DNA from: Hydrolagus colliei
Lineage: Eukaryota
Direction: 5' to 3'
DNA length: 64,000 nucleotides
Assembly (NCBI GenBank): GCA_035084275.1
Contig: CM068746.1
Coordinates: forward strand, 18,786,001-18,850,000
Both the position numbers and the translations under genes were made by a program. Positions 34,020 through 46,435 of the stretch are shown piece by piece; positions within the stretch are counted from its first letter, which is position 1; each line of letters starts with the position of its first letter. The notes under the pieces are model-generated. The model saw only the letters and a program-made list of their open reading frames with translations, did no database searches and had not been told where the DNA came from.

Positions 34020-37000
34020 AATTCTGTCAAATACACCTTTATTAAAATATGCACTGACAGTTTACAAAAGCTGTTTCAAACATGTTATCTTAAGGAAACA
34101 AAAACGATTCTTCCCTAAAAAAATAAATTTGCACTTACAACAGTATAAATACAATAACAAAAACGTTCAACTCTGTACACTGTTTAAAATTTGTGCTTCC
34201 CCGCATGCAAATCCACTATTAATTGTTAATGTCTATCTTGTACCCTTACAGAATTCACCAGAACAGTTCAAAGATAGTTACAGTGACTTGTATTTTATCC
34301 TTTTTTTCCCCCCTCCAGGCAACAGTTAAGTAATACATAATAAATTTCTCATCTTTCTTTTTTTTAAAAAATCAGTATTTGCAATGACCAGTGTTTGATT
34401 ATATTATGAGGTACTGTGAACTAGAACCGAATACAATTCCAAAATAAACTGAGCATTCAGCTCTTACGCTCCCTCCCCTTAGCAAATTAATCAATTGGTA
34501 GTGCATTGCACATAGATGTGCACATGTCATGGCCCTCAGACAGCTTTGGCTAAAGGAACATAGTAGGTCTAGTTTGCAGTAACTGCAGTTAATTCAAGTA
34601 ACACTAAAAATGTTCACAGTAAATGAATATGAAGCTAACTGCACACACTTGCTGCGATTATTCAGTTCGCAGCAAGAGAACAGTGATTGTTCATCAACAG
34701 TCTTTAAACCCGATGACTGTTTTACAAGTATGTCTGTGCCTAGCTTAGAAATGTCCGCAACGTGAACACAGTATAAGCAGAAAAAAAACAACTTTGGTAC
34801 AGCATAATTTTAAGATCCTGTAGCTCTAACTGGACTATGGTGTGAAACAGTAAAAAGCCAACTGCTAAATTAAAATGTCAAGTTTTCATTTTTATGGCTG
34901 GCAAGATTCTGCAAGCAAATCCCTGAAGCATGAGCTAAAGTGCCCTACTTTCTACTTTGGTGTCAGCTGAGGACAGCAAGCCTCATTACCACAATAACAG
35001 ACAGTTCTCCATCTATCTGTGTTCTAACAGTTCTAACAGTTCTCCACATAAATGTTCGATATTCTATTAATGGAAAAAAATTAGCAGGTCACTCAACATG
35101 ACGTCATATTGAGTAGTTTATTACAGCTACTGTAGATTCCTGACCCTGAACAAGACTGGCTGAAAAACGTAGCTCTTCACTTGCATTTTTCTCAGTGTCC
35201 GTTTGTTCCATTTGGTGAAAAAAGGGAAACTGTCGAAACAATCCACTAGAGGTCGCCTACTTACTGCCATTGGAGCATGGTATGGAAGCTCAGCAATGGT
35301 GAGCCTGAATTTCCTGACCATGCTTCAACCTCTCAGAACAAGTAAGCAACACCTGGTCAAACAAGTGCGTAACACGCTTCTACAAACAAGAATGGTAAAC
35401 TCATCTACAAACACCTCTGGGAGAATCCTTCAGATGCCCTATGCTCCAGACACCAATCTCCTGCTGAGTGCTGAGAACCTCACTTTCGGCCTCAAATCTG
35501 ACCACGCAGAACTGAACCCTGAGAATGAGTGGAGTTCTAGCAGGTGAGCCTGAAACAATGGAGCCACCTTCAAGATTTGTGGAATCAACTCCCTCCCCCA
35601 AATACAGCCGCAATTGTGGCATTGTATCTGTATTGGTACAATGCCCTGAGACAACTTGTACAGCAACAGTCTCACCATTGCAACGCACAACAATATGGAA
35701 CATCAAGCATTCGCAAGCGAAGCTCAATACCAACCAATACCGTTGTTTGTGGCTTTTAGAACGTCAGGAAGGCAGCAAGCCGCTCTAGAATATCTCAAAA
35801 TGATTTTTAAATAAAATTTCCGTGCTTTTTGGGCAGGCGTTTAATTTCCCCCCCCACCCCCCCCTATGTTTCTAATGATGATACCAAATCATAATAAAAA
35901 CTGGTCACTCTTACATCCCCAATCACATACTTCATTTTGGAGCAACAACAGAAGTTGGAAATGGTCCAAAAGATAAATACAGTAGTAGCACATTAATATA
36001 TTTACTGGTTTTAACAGCAGATGGAACACATTAGAAAATCATTTTGGTCCATAAAGATTATTCGATGAATACAACACATTCTGGTGCTGGAACTCGATGA
36101 GTATACAGGACCCACACACTTATCTGCAATATGTGCACTTCCCATGGAAACGTAGAACCAATTTACACTCTTTTAGCTTCTCTCGTTCCCCCCAGGTGAG
36201 CACGGTTAACAGATGCAGAATACTTAAGGCACACATCAGGTAAACTGAGGGACACTGGTTACAGGCAGTGTCAGGAATTGAAAACCACTGCATCTGTTAG
36301 CCATCTCCAACACTGGAGTCAGATTTAAGCCGCATCACAGGTTAAAACCCTACCAGACCAGTACATTTCCTGTTGTGCGCTGCATACACTTTAAAATTTG
36401 TTTCAGTAAATGAGCTCCCAGCATTAATGTTTTGGTCCAGGACAACACATCCACTATTAATTCTGCGCAACACATAATCTTGGTTTGTACGTTTGCATTC
36501 TCTTTGGTCGATAGCTAAAAGTGTCTGCGGCAACAAACTACTGTATGCCATTCAATAGAATCAGCCACATTGCTAGCTATGTGGAAAAAAAAATTAAAAG
36601 TCTACACGTGATGATTTAAAACTCTAATGCTCCAATAAAAGTAGCTTCTCACTTATCGACCCATTGCTGCTCAGTTAATGCACTACTTTTGTTACATCAC
36701 ACTTTTATATAACTGCCCTTCACAGAAAGCACTCACTCTAGGCAGGAGTGTTCCTTTGCACTTCATATCTGTTATTTGAAAGTTAAAAGGCCAATTTATA
36801 TTGGACCAGTAGTAGTATTTTCACAGTGCAGTGTGTTGGTATTACACCTGATACAGCATGCAGTTTACTGATGCCTCCTTCTTTGTTTCCAAAATTCTGA
36901 ATACAATCTGTGAAGGCGAACGGTGCAAGCCATTAACCTCCTAACCTCACATTTGAACTTTACATATATGACTTAAATTAAGATAGTGCACAGACTCTGA

Positions 37001-38844
37001 ACCTAAGAGCAGGTGCATTGTTCAGCTCTAAAGTGCCTTCTTTATCACACTGACTGCAACCGTTAGGATTCTTGTGTTTCTCATTTTTAATCAGGCACAG
37101 CGAATTTCGTTTTTCCTGTGCCATCTGTGTGCATCACTGATATAAAGTTACTACTACGGAAAGGAATTCTTTACAAAGTGCCTAGGCACAAGGTCACAGA
37201 GCAGTATAAGGAAGGACGATATCTGGTGTTACTGACTCGCACAGTAGCAAGGGACTAAGCTTCCAAGAATCTCCTTGCATCACCTCAGTTTTCAATGGAC
37301 CAGCACCAATATTTTTATATACATCTTGAAATCCGCGAAAATGGCATTTTTAATATGGTATGTCTACTATGCTTAAATTTGGTCATTCCGACCTTGCTGT
37401 CATTAAAAATGACGTTGCTAAATTTGGCCGAAATCTGTGTTCAGCTATTAATTATGCCCAGTTCGATTTCCATTCATATGATCTCTCTGCAATTCTGTAA
37501 ATAGAGACAATGCAACCATGGGTGTGTGGACGCATTCTGGGAAGTAATGCTTTACACACTGAGAAGTTTCTGGAGCAGGAAGCACCCAAGTCGTTAAATT
37601 GGCATCGGAGCCTCCCGTTTACAGGAATACCAAGATCATTGTTGTTCTATAATGTGATCATATGATTCATACACCTAAGTGTACACAAGTGCGTGTATAT
37701 GCCTGTTTCAAGTGATGCATTGAAACAAAGCACCTTCATGATACCAGACCAAACAAACAGGTTTATAAATCGTGGGGTGCGGTCATTATGTTATCCTAAG
37801 TATTTATAGCAAGGCATTCTAAATTATTGATTACCTGCTCTATCAAACAATAGGCATTTATTTGCATGTAACCTAAGTTAGGTTCCTTCATGCTGCTGCC
37901 ATTACGCACACCTAGGAACATAAATTCTATTTTCTTTGTTCAGTGTACAATGGATTATCTATCTGTACATTGCCACCTTGAAGAAATTCTACAAGTAGAG
38001 CAACAAATCATTACCTTCCTCTGCTCATTCCTCATACAGTAAAGTCATGTCTCATCATGAATTTCTTCATAATCTCTCACCATCACTACTTGTCTTTAAC
38101 CTTCTTTCACACATACCATTTAAACTCTCTCAGCAGCTGCAATCCTTATTGTTTCCATTCTTTCATGTCCACACAATTCAGTCTCCTTTCTAAAGCACAG
38201 ACTTCATTAAAATGTGTTTCTCCACTTAACAACAATTAGAACTTGCATGTAAAACTACAATTGTAACTTGCTGCTACCTTAAAACAGACAGAGCATTTCA
38301 AAAACATACGTTGCCCATATATGGATTGTTTGCATTGCCTCAAATCGATGGGCATTCTGCAAGACAACATATTACAGGTTAACCCCAGGCAGTAGAGTCA
38401 CCCTGTGTATTTAGTGCTACCCTAACCAGGAGTACGTGTTCAAATCCCACATTTGAAGTATTTCTTTGAGTGTGGACACTCCAGATTGAGCCAGGATGCT
38501 TTCGCTCAGCATTACACAGGCTTTGCAACAAGGTCACCTCATTACTAATACAGTACTTCTTGTGGTTGCCAAACAGAGCAGTATGATCACTAACACAGGA
38601 TCAACCAACTTATAAATAAATTTATATTGTCCAGTAAACATTAATTTGTGTATGCAAGCTATTTAAGTGATTCAGAAAGGCTTGTTTTTTGTGAATAGAT
38701 CCAATGTTCTATAGACACATACATACAGATACAGTACCCTGGCACTAAAACAGAAAGAAGTCTTAGACTGAAAACAACTCCCATGGCTTGTACTTGCACA
38801 TAGTCCCTGTAAGAAGCAGTCCCTCACTGCTTTTCTTGCCCAGA
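34020..38844 (-). other. Probable long 3'UTR of the RASSF3-like gene
   Basis: Follows the stop codon; no copies of the otherwise ubiquitous SINE seen; AU-rich distal part; ends near AATAAA (34038-34043, minus). Confidence 0.55.
34038..34043 (-). terminator. Polyadenylation signal AATAAA (RASSF3-like, distal)
   Basis: Minus strand reads ...TTTTAATAAAGGTGTATTTGACAGAATTGCAGTCTGCGTCTTT, with a GU/U-rich stretch downstream. Confidence 0.5.
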
Positions 38845-38994
38845 TTAACCAGGTTTTCCTGCTTCTCTCAATGCCTCTTGAAGCCTCTCTCTGTAGGCTG
38901 CATATCGTTTGCATATGACCCGAAAGTGTTCCTTTTCCTCTTTGTCCAAGATACGCAGGAAGTTTTTCAGTTCTGGGAGACTAAAGGCTTCCCA
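38845..38994 (-). CDS. RASSF3: RASSF3-like last coding exon, SARAH domain (WEAFSLPELKNFLRILDKEEKEHFRVICKRYAAYRERLQEALREAGKPG*)
   Basis: 150 nt including TAA; CTTCAG| acceptor; WEAFSLPEL.NFLRILDKEE is the RASSF3 SARAH start. Confidence 0.95.
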   Translation of the reverse strand, partial: WEAFSLPELKNFLRILDKEEKEHFRVICKRYAAYRERLQEALREAGKPG

Positions 38995-39207
38995 CTGAAG
39001 AAAGAACAATTAGTTTTAGCGTTAATAACTAATAAACAAAAGATCAATTACAATGTAATTCATTCACTCTAATCAAAAATGAATACCGGTAGAAATGTAG
39101 CCATATGTAAATAGATAGTAACATGTTGGGACTTATGTTAGGTTGATCAGTTTGAGTCGGTCAATGAAGGGTTTATGACTACAATAGACAAGAGGAAAGG
39201 CACCTAC

Positions 39208-39323
39208 CAACACTTCTCCAGTCTCATGCTCACGGAGAATAAAATTCAGACCTTCTGCACTGGGTCCTGCCAGCAGACACATGTAAAGGGGATGTTCAGT
39301 ATCTAGCAGTTTGCTTGCGAGGA
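39208..39323 (-). CDS. RASSF3: RASSF3-like exon (VLASKLLDTEHPLYMCLLAGPSAEGLNFILREHETGEVL)
   Basis: 116 nt, TTTGCAG|/|GTAGGT, phase 1/0; resembles RASSF3 KLSDREHPLYLRLVAGP...LSFVLREHE. Confidence 0.93.
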
Positions 39324-41334
39324 CTGCAAACAGGAAAGAAAGAAAAACATGAGCACATTAGGCAAGTCAAATAAATCCAATGATGCACAGCAAATACCTA
39401 TGGAAAACAGGCCTATTCTGATGTAAGTACAAAATACCACCTTACCTGATCTTCAGACAAATATTGCTATCTGAAGTTTTAATGTCAAAATCTAATACAC
39501 TAAAATGTTTTAGAAATTACCATTGTTTAAGTACTATATGCATATCTTGTGCATTCAATATTTTTAAAAAAGAGCTAATTTGTATTTCAGAATTCCTTTC
39601 CAAAGCATCTATCAGGACGGACAGAAGCAACACATCTTTAAGCAATAAAGACTGTTTTAGAGCAGAAGTTGATAGCACCCATCACTTTACCCAAACCTCC
39701 TTAACTCTGATTTACTGAGGCAGTTTCTGACCTTCCACTAAAACACTAGTTAAAGCAAATGCGCCATCACATTTGTGAGTAGCTTTCAGGAAAATGCAAA
39801 TTTGAGAAATTCTAGTTTTCTCATGTTATGCAGATCAGAAGGAACTACCTGCCCCACACACAATGTAATACAGGTACTCGTAAAATGGAATATGATCACT
39901 ATTTTGAGCAGTGTGTCAGGGATCAAATCCTGGTTCATAGATGATTTGATAAACACTTTTTCCCAACTTTTTGCTGGAATTCCAGGTACAATGTAAAGAG
40001 GAAAATACTGCAGCTCTCAAAATCTGTATCTTTCGTCTGCCTCCTATGCTCTCCTAAGCCAATTTAATGCACATACTGTATTATGATGTACAAAATATAT
40101 ATTTTTGGGGGGGGCAGTAATTTTAAAATAAAGAATGTTCCATGTTCTTCTGTAAAAAAGGTGATCATTCCAGATAGTCTCTTAAAAAACTCAATTAAAT
40201 ATTTCCATTCAAGAGCCAGCGTGTTAGATACACCACCCGTTTGCATATACTCCAGGTCAACAGTGGAATACAACGCCTGTACCCTGAAGCCGTATATTAA
40301 TTACCTGCACAAACCTATAAACTCAATGCTGTATTACTACTGATATTTAATTAAAAATTAGAACACGTGTTGCTCAGGAACAAGACCTTTTATGTTACTG
40401 ATATTACGATCTTCAGGGACTTTTTTAAAAAAAGCTAATTTATAAATGTAACCTAGTTTTGCACACCTGGCAAGGAATAACTTTTCTTTTCTATTGAGGA
40501 GCAGCAATGCTAATGGGTTTGCTTACAAATGCCGTAGTGTTTCCAATCTTGCATGATTTAATTACACAGAAAGGCATTGCAAAATCAGGGCTGCAATAGT
40601 CACTTTAATTGGTGAATTGAGCATCTATTTAAAGAAATTCTGTGGCACAGCCCTCCAGCAGCAGATTTTAGTGCTAAATATGTCAGTTCACATCACATTC
40701 CCATGAAAATTGGCGTCAGTCTGCAGTGGGACAGGAACTTGTGGTCACAACATCCTCTTTCAACAAATGCTTTAACAATGGTTTTCCTGGTAAAAATGGG
40801 AAGCAGGGTTACTTCCTGCATTGATGTGTTTGTTTTAAGTGACAACTTTTTTTAAAAAAAGAATGCTTAGCAAGCAGTTGTCCAAAGAAACAAACTCTAA
40901 AACGTGCTAAGTTTCAGCAAATGCTTCTTTATCAAGAAGTGACAATTCAGCAGGAATTTTTCAGGAAGTACATCTGGATTCTGTGAGGGCAAAAGTGAAT
41001 TTCACCAAACTGGGTGATTTCCATTCCATTGGTATGTCTTATTTACAAAGCAAGCCTTATAGAGAATAACAAATCACATATTACCGTGACAGAAATCTGC
41101 AGTCCCCCAAATACTAATTTGGGAGAATGAACGGAATGAAGACTTAATTCAATTTTAAAAAAATGTTTGTAGCCTTTTTTGGCATATATATTAGCTCTTG
41201 TGTTTTAATATCTGTTAGAAAATGGGGACAGTGATAGTAGGAGAAAAGAAGCAACCAGACTGCCAGAGATAAACATTTACTGCAACAATTTGTGTTAACT
41301 GATGATTATTGATGTAATAGTAATCCAATAATAT

Positions 41335-41520
41335 TAATAATAATCATAATAATACTTGCATTTGGTATAGTGCCTTATCATGTTCTTGTGACATCTCAAA
41401 GCACTTTACAGGATACATTGTAAAGTGGATTGACTGTACCTTGTGGGCAGCCACTTATACAGTGGGACAATGGTGTCCCTTAAACAATCATGGATTGAAT
41501 GATCAAATTTTTATTTTGAG
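41335..41520 (-). mobile_element. SINE S1, 3' part
   Basis: Tail and body match. Confidence 0.75.
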
Positions 41521-41706
41521 GAATTATTTGAGGGTTCCTTCTTCCTGCTGGTTGAACAGTGGTATGTTCTCTGCTCTATAATAATAATAATCCATGCATT
41601 GGATATAGCCCCTTATCACGTCTTCGAGATTAGTACACCAATTAACTTATTTTTCTTCTATTTAAAGTATTTGAGTAAATATTTCTCCCACACAAAAGCA
41701 CAGTAC

Positions 41707-41983
41707 CTTGCTCGTCCTTCTTGGACTCCTTGAACAGTGCAAACTTTGCAGGGTTGTCGGCAACCAAGAACTTCCTCAGCAAGGCCACGATGACCTCCTT
41801 CGCAGTATTGCTGCTACTGATGTGCAGGGTGTTGACAATACCCTTGGGTATGTAGAAGGCAGTTTCATTATTATTATTATTATAGGCATTTATCCCCTGA
41901 TTTGCCATGGGCCGTACAGTGATAGGCCTGCGTAAGTCCATCTGAACCTTGATAAAGCCAGTGTATGTGTCACTGCTTAAACT
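41707..41983 (-). CDS. RASSF3: RASSF3-like RA-domain exon (SLSSDTYTGFIKVQMDLRRPITV...NTLHISSSNTAKEVIVALLRKFLVADNPAKFALFKESKKDEQ)
   Basis: 277 nt, TAG|/|GTACT, phase 0/1; YTGFIKVQ, LHISS and KFLV.DNPAKFAL are RASSF1/3/5 RA-domain signatures. Confidence 0.95.
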
Positions 41984-43702
41984 CTACAGAGAAAAAAAAC
42001 CATACCATACAATTAGAAAATCGCTAAAACAAAGCGAGGTTTGCCAATGATCAACTAAACTGGAGAATTGCTGACCAGGACAATCTTTAACGTCCACCTG
42101 AACAGGCAGACAGGTTTTTGGATTACCATCCCATTCGAAAGACATGCACACCATAAAAATCTTAGCCTCAGAAATGCAATAGAAAATATCAGTGTAGAAC
42201 TTAGAGAGGAGGTATCTATCCAACAAACCTTGTATTAGCATTATTAACATTAATACAACTCACAACTCAATTACAATGTTATGCAGTTATCTACTGGTTC
42301 TTTTTTCCAGGGACATATGACATCAAGTTTTGTTGGGTTGATTTTTATTTCCTTTCACTTGCATTCATTTCTGTGTGAAACTAATTGCATCTTAACAAGG
42401 TCATCACTGCAGATACAACAACAAATTACAATGCCTTTCAGATCAGGAAGACGTCCCAAGGCGATGCCCAGTCAGGGATCTGCACCCAAGCTGGTAGTTG
42501 GGATCAGGAAGGGTAGAGGGTCCCAAAGGTGTGTGTGGTAATGATAAGAGGGAGGAGGGGAGAGGGGGGAAAAAAATCACTAATGAACTCAAGCTTATCC
42601 CAATCTGACACACGCTTACTAATATTTAAAGAATGTTCAGTATGCAATCTCAGGCTGATTTCCAACCAACTGCCTTGGGAGGTCAATTCTGTTGACCACT
42701 AGCTTGCACTAGTTGAGATCAGCCAATTTAGCACAGACTGTGCATCAAACCTGGCAGCTTCCTGATTACTCAGCTGTGCACTGGACAGTGCTGTTTTTAA
42801 CTAGGCCAATGTATTCGTTCAGCCTAAGGAGAAAAAGGGAGGGAACCAAATGTTTTTTTGCTCCAGAATAAACTGGAAACTACTTCTGGACCAACCCAAC
42901 AGAGCTGAAGAATTCAGACAATACTTGTGTTTGGGCTGGCATCGGCACACGTGTCTGCAGGATGAGCAGCACCCAATTTAATTTGCTTATAATATGAGAT
43001 GACTGCAGTTTTACAAAACCCATCTGAGGAATTTTAAAATATGCATTCCTCAGTCCCTAGAGCAGTAGGGTGAAGTCACACAGCAAATACCAAAACTGCA
43101 AAGGGCCCACATTTTAATAACCAGGAACAAAGACTTACTTTTACAGGACATTTTAGAGTTTAAAATGCTGCATAATTACTTTTAAAACTGAGACTTTCAA
43201 TTATGCAGTTGCTGGAAGCTTTCGACTATTGCTCTGGTTAACTGGGACTTGGCATTTTTCAGTCCTTGTGAGTGGGAGGAATATTTAATACCACAAGTGT
43301 TTATACACAGAGTTGAATGTCAATGTTAAGCATTGAGTTAAATAGTAGAGAGAATGATTGGGGAAGAAAAGCCATAAAGATTTACATTTTTCCTCTTTTC
43401 TAGGTCCTGTCAGTAGCAGTTGCTCCCAGGGATAGTTAAATGAGTGACAGGAAGGATACAGACCACCATACCTCAGAACTCAGAACTGTTGACACATAGA
43501 CCAGATTGGCCAACTGCATGATAGCCGGTTGGCAGAACATGCAAATCAAGGTCTATGTAGTCATTTGATTTTTATTGACATTTTCTCACCTAATGTCACA
43601 AATGAGCAGCAGTCAACTATCTAGCAAATCTTGCATCAATCGTTCTATGCTTGGAGGTGTCTCCATTTGTGGGAATTAATATATATTATGACAATCACTT
43701 AC

Positions 43703-43810
43703 CAAAGTCATTTTTAACCTGTCTGTCACTTCTGCGTTGTACACGTGAATTTTTTGTTTGATCTCTTCTTTTGTAAGAACTTTCGGTGGCTCTCTTGGTT
43801 TCTCAACATC
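43703..43810 (-). CDS. RASSF3: RASSF3-like internal exon (DVEKPREPPKVLTKEEIKQKIHVYNAEVTDRLKMTL)
   Basis: 108 nt, CAG|/|GTAAGT, phase 0/0; resembles human RASSF3 DVEKEKETHSYLSKEEIKEKVHKYNLAVTDKLKMTL. Upstream exon(s) not found in the window. Confidence 0.9.
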
Positions 43811-46124
43811 CTGGAACATAAAAAAATTGGCTGGTCAGTTATTTGGCAATGGTTTGAAGACCACCCACCCCACCATTGAGAATAATTCAAATAAATCTGT
43901 TGTGACCGATGTAACAGGTAAAAGGAACAATATATTTTGGATACTAGAAAATTGATGACCTGCCCCCATATGTTCACAGACCAAGGTAGCTTTTCTTATA
44001 TTAAATTAGAAACATCTGGGAAACCAGAATTGTCTCCACCTTATTTATAATTCAAACCATCCTTCAAAACCGGTTCTGAAGTAGTTTGGGCTATAGTCAA
44101 GGTAACAAAGCTGCCTTTATACTTTATTGTAGAACCAGTTCCTCATGTCCCCATCTCCGTGCAATTGGAATCACATGGATTTTTACTGTGGGGTAATCTT
44201 TGGTGCAGGCAAATTCAGCTGAAATGGTTACAAGTGCTTTATGTTGTAGTCACCGTTACAGGGCAGTCCAGAACCTGCTGAAGTAGAAATTGACTCTGAC
44301 GCACTCAAGGCATCTGAGTTTACCTTCCCTCAGTCCAGAGGCTTTAAGTTCAAGTTTAGCACCTAAGCACTGCCCTGGTCAAGTTCAGCAAACTTAGCAC
44401 ATATTAGGTTGAACTGGGACCTTTCTTAAGATTGTATGACTCGAGCAGTGGATTTACAAAATGAATTATTGAAACTTCCATGCAAGATCTCTGAGGAGTC
44501 CATTGACTGATCACAGAGACATTACATTCACAGGGATGGTTTTGCTTGCACCTTTCAGGCTCCTACTCTGTGGAACTCCATCCCTCTTACACCCACTTTC
44601 CCTGCATTCAAAATTCTTAAAACACTGCAAATTTGGCAAAGATAGAAAGGGTTTGAAAGGTCAGGCCCGTATTGCACTTCATGGAGACTACAGTCTCTCT
44701 AACTCTAGTAGAACAGATTAATCTGCAACCACTAAGAAGTCAGGACTAATTAACTTTCTGCTCATTCAACAGATTCATTCTTTTTTCCAGCTGCATTCCA
44801 AAGTGCCAGGCAACCAGTCAGCCTCATGCCAACTTTATTTGCATTTTTATGCCCAACCACGACAAACACAGCTATGTTCTCACTGCTGTAGTGCAAAAAG
44901 GATTCGTTAATGTCCATGTGATATTCATTAGCTCTTCAAAGTGGCGCAGAATTAAACTGAATTTACTTCAGCAGGAATTCAGCAGAACTGCCATGGCCTA
45001 CACCACTAATTACTCAAAAGGCATTACACCATCTGAATGTATATACAGGGAAGCAACAACACAGTGAAATCAGTTGACGTAGACATTAACAGGGGAAAAT
45101 ATATACCAAATGCAAATCGATCATTTACATTCGGCACTTTCCATATAGGTCAGATTACACAATTTTCTGTGCTCGTGAGGTCATCTCTATCAGCCCAAGA
45201 TCTTACTTCCTCCAGAGACTAACATAGCATTGACGTCATTCCAGGTTATACAATGCAAGCATGGTTAGAAATCTTTCATTTGATGGTGTAGTGCACATTG
45301 AATTTGCAACACACAATAAGGGACATTGGGTGCATTTATCCTTTATATTGAACTATTCTTGCTACTGCACTGAAATAGAAGCCTCTCCACGATAAGGATG
45401 GAGAAGAAAAAGTGAGAAAACAGGAATATATCAAAACTCACACATATGTGGTGGGACAGATAAGAATAGTAATCTTTGCATTCTATGCACAGTGCCTTAC
45501 CATGTTGGTGAGAAGTCTTGAAGCTCTTCATGGAGTTGCTGTCATGTTTAGTGACTGTATTCACAGGCAATTACATACACACATTACCAACTATGGTCAT
45601 CTGCAATGACTCTAGTGTTAGTGTTCATCCAGCAGCAGATCAGCCACAGCACGTGCACAAGTTAATATCAAAAATGATATTAATACTGGTGATCTCTCTG
45701 GTGATCAGGTGGACTGTAGGCATGGCCACAGGGAGCTAGGCAGGCTAACTAACACAACTAGCTACCTGTGAGGCACAAGGCAAATATTATATTGCTCATG
45801 TAAGTGAAGCAAAAACAAAAGACTAAATTACTGCCTGAAGATCACTGCCAGGTGGCATTTGTTACTCTTCACTCTATCTTGCCTCATTTAACTTTTACAT
45901 TTAAAAAATTTCAATATGTTTGGCCTGCCTACAATAACACTGAGCAGATAGAATGACATGGGTCGATGGAGATTATGATGACATTGTAATTGGAGGTGCA
46001 CAATTTTTTTTGTCACGATATAAAATTGCTAGCAGAGGAGGGATTCTGTACAACTTGAGCTACAAGTTGCTACTGGCTCATTGCAGAGATCGTTCCTCAG
46101 TTAATAAACTGCGCCACATTTGCT

Positions 46125-46435
46125 TCAGTGCCGCTAACAAGCTCAGTAATTAGAGCACTCAGCTCGCAAGCGAGAGATCTGGGTTCAATTCCCAGCAGGG
46201 CAAAAGCTTGGGCAAGTTTCCTTAATCCACAAGCCCGATAATAATCCTTCAAAAAAAAATCATAAATTGGTCACTTCAATCCATGACTGTTTGTGGGACA
46301 CTGCTATGCACAATTGGCTGCCGCATTTCGCCCATAAATGTACAGTATCAATTCATTTTACAGTGTAATTTGTGAAGCGCTTTGAGACATCTAGAAGATA
46401 CGAAAAGCTCTATATCATATACAAGGATTATTACT
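46125..46435 (+). mobile_element. SINE S1, full length
   Basis: Head with A/B boxes, body, tail. Confidence 0.88.

Noticed and set aside
35127-35788. Cluster of 64-114-aa overlapping ORFs as a separate gene
   Set aside because: No recognisable domain or exon structure; lies within the probable RASSF 3'UTR.
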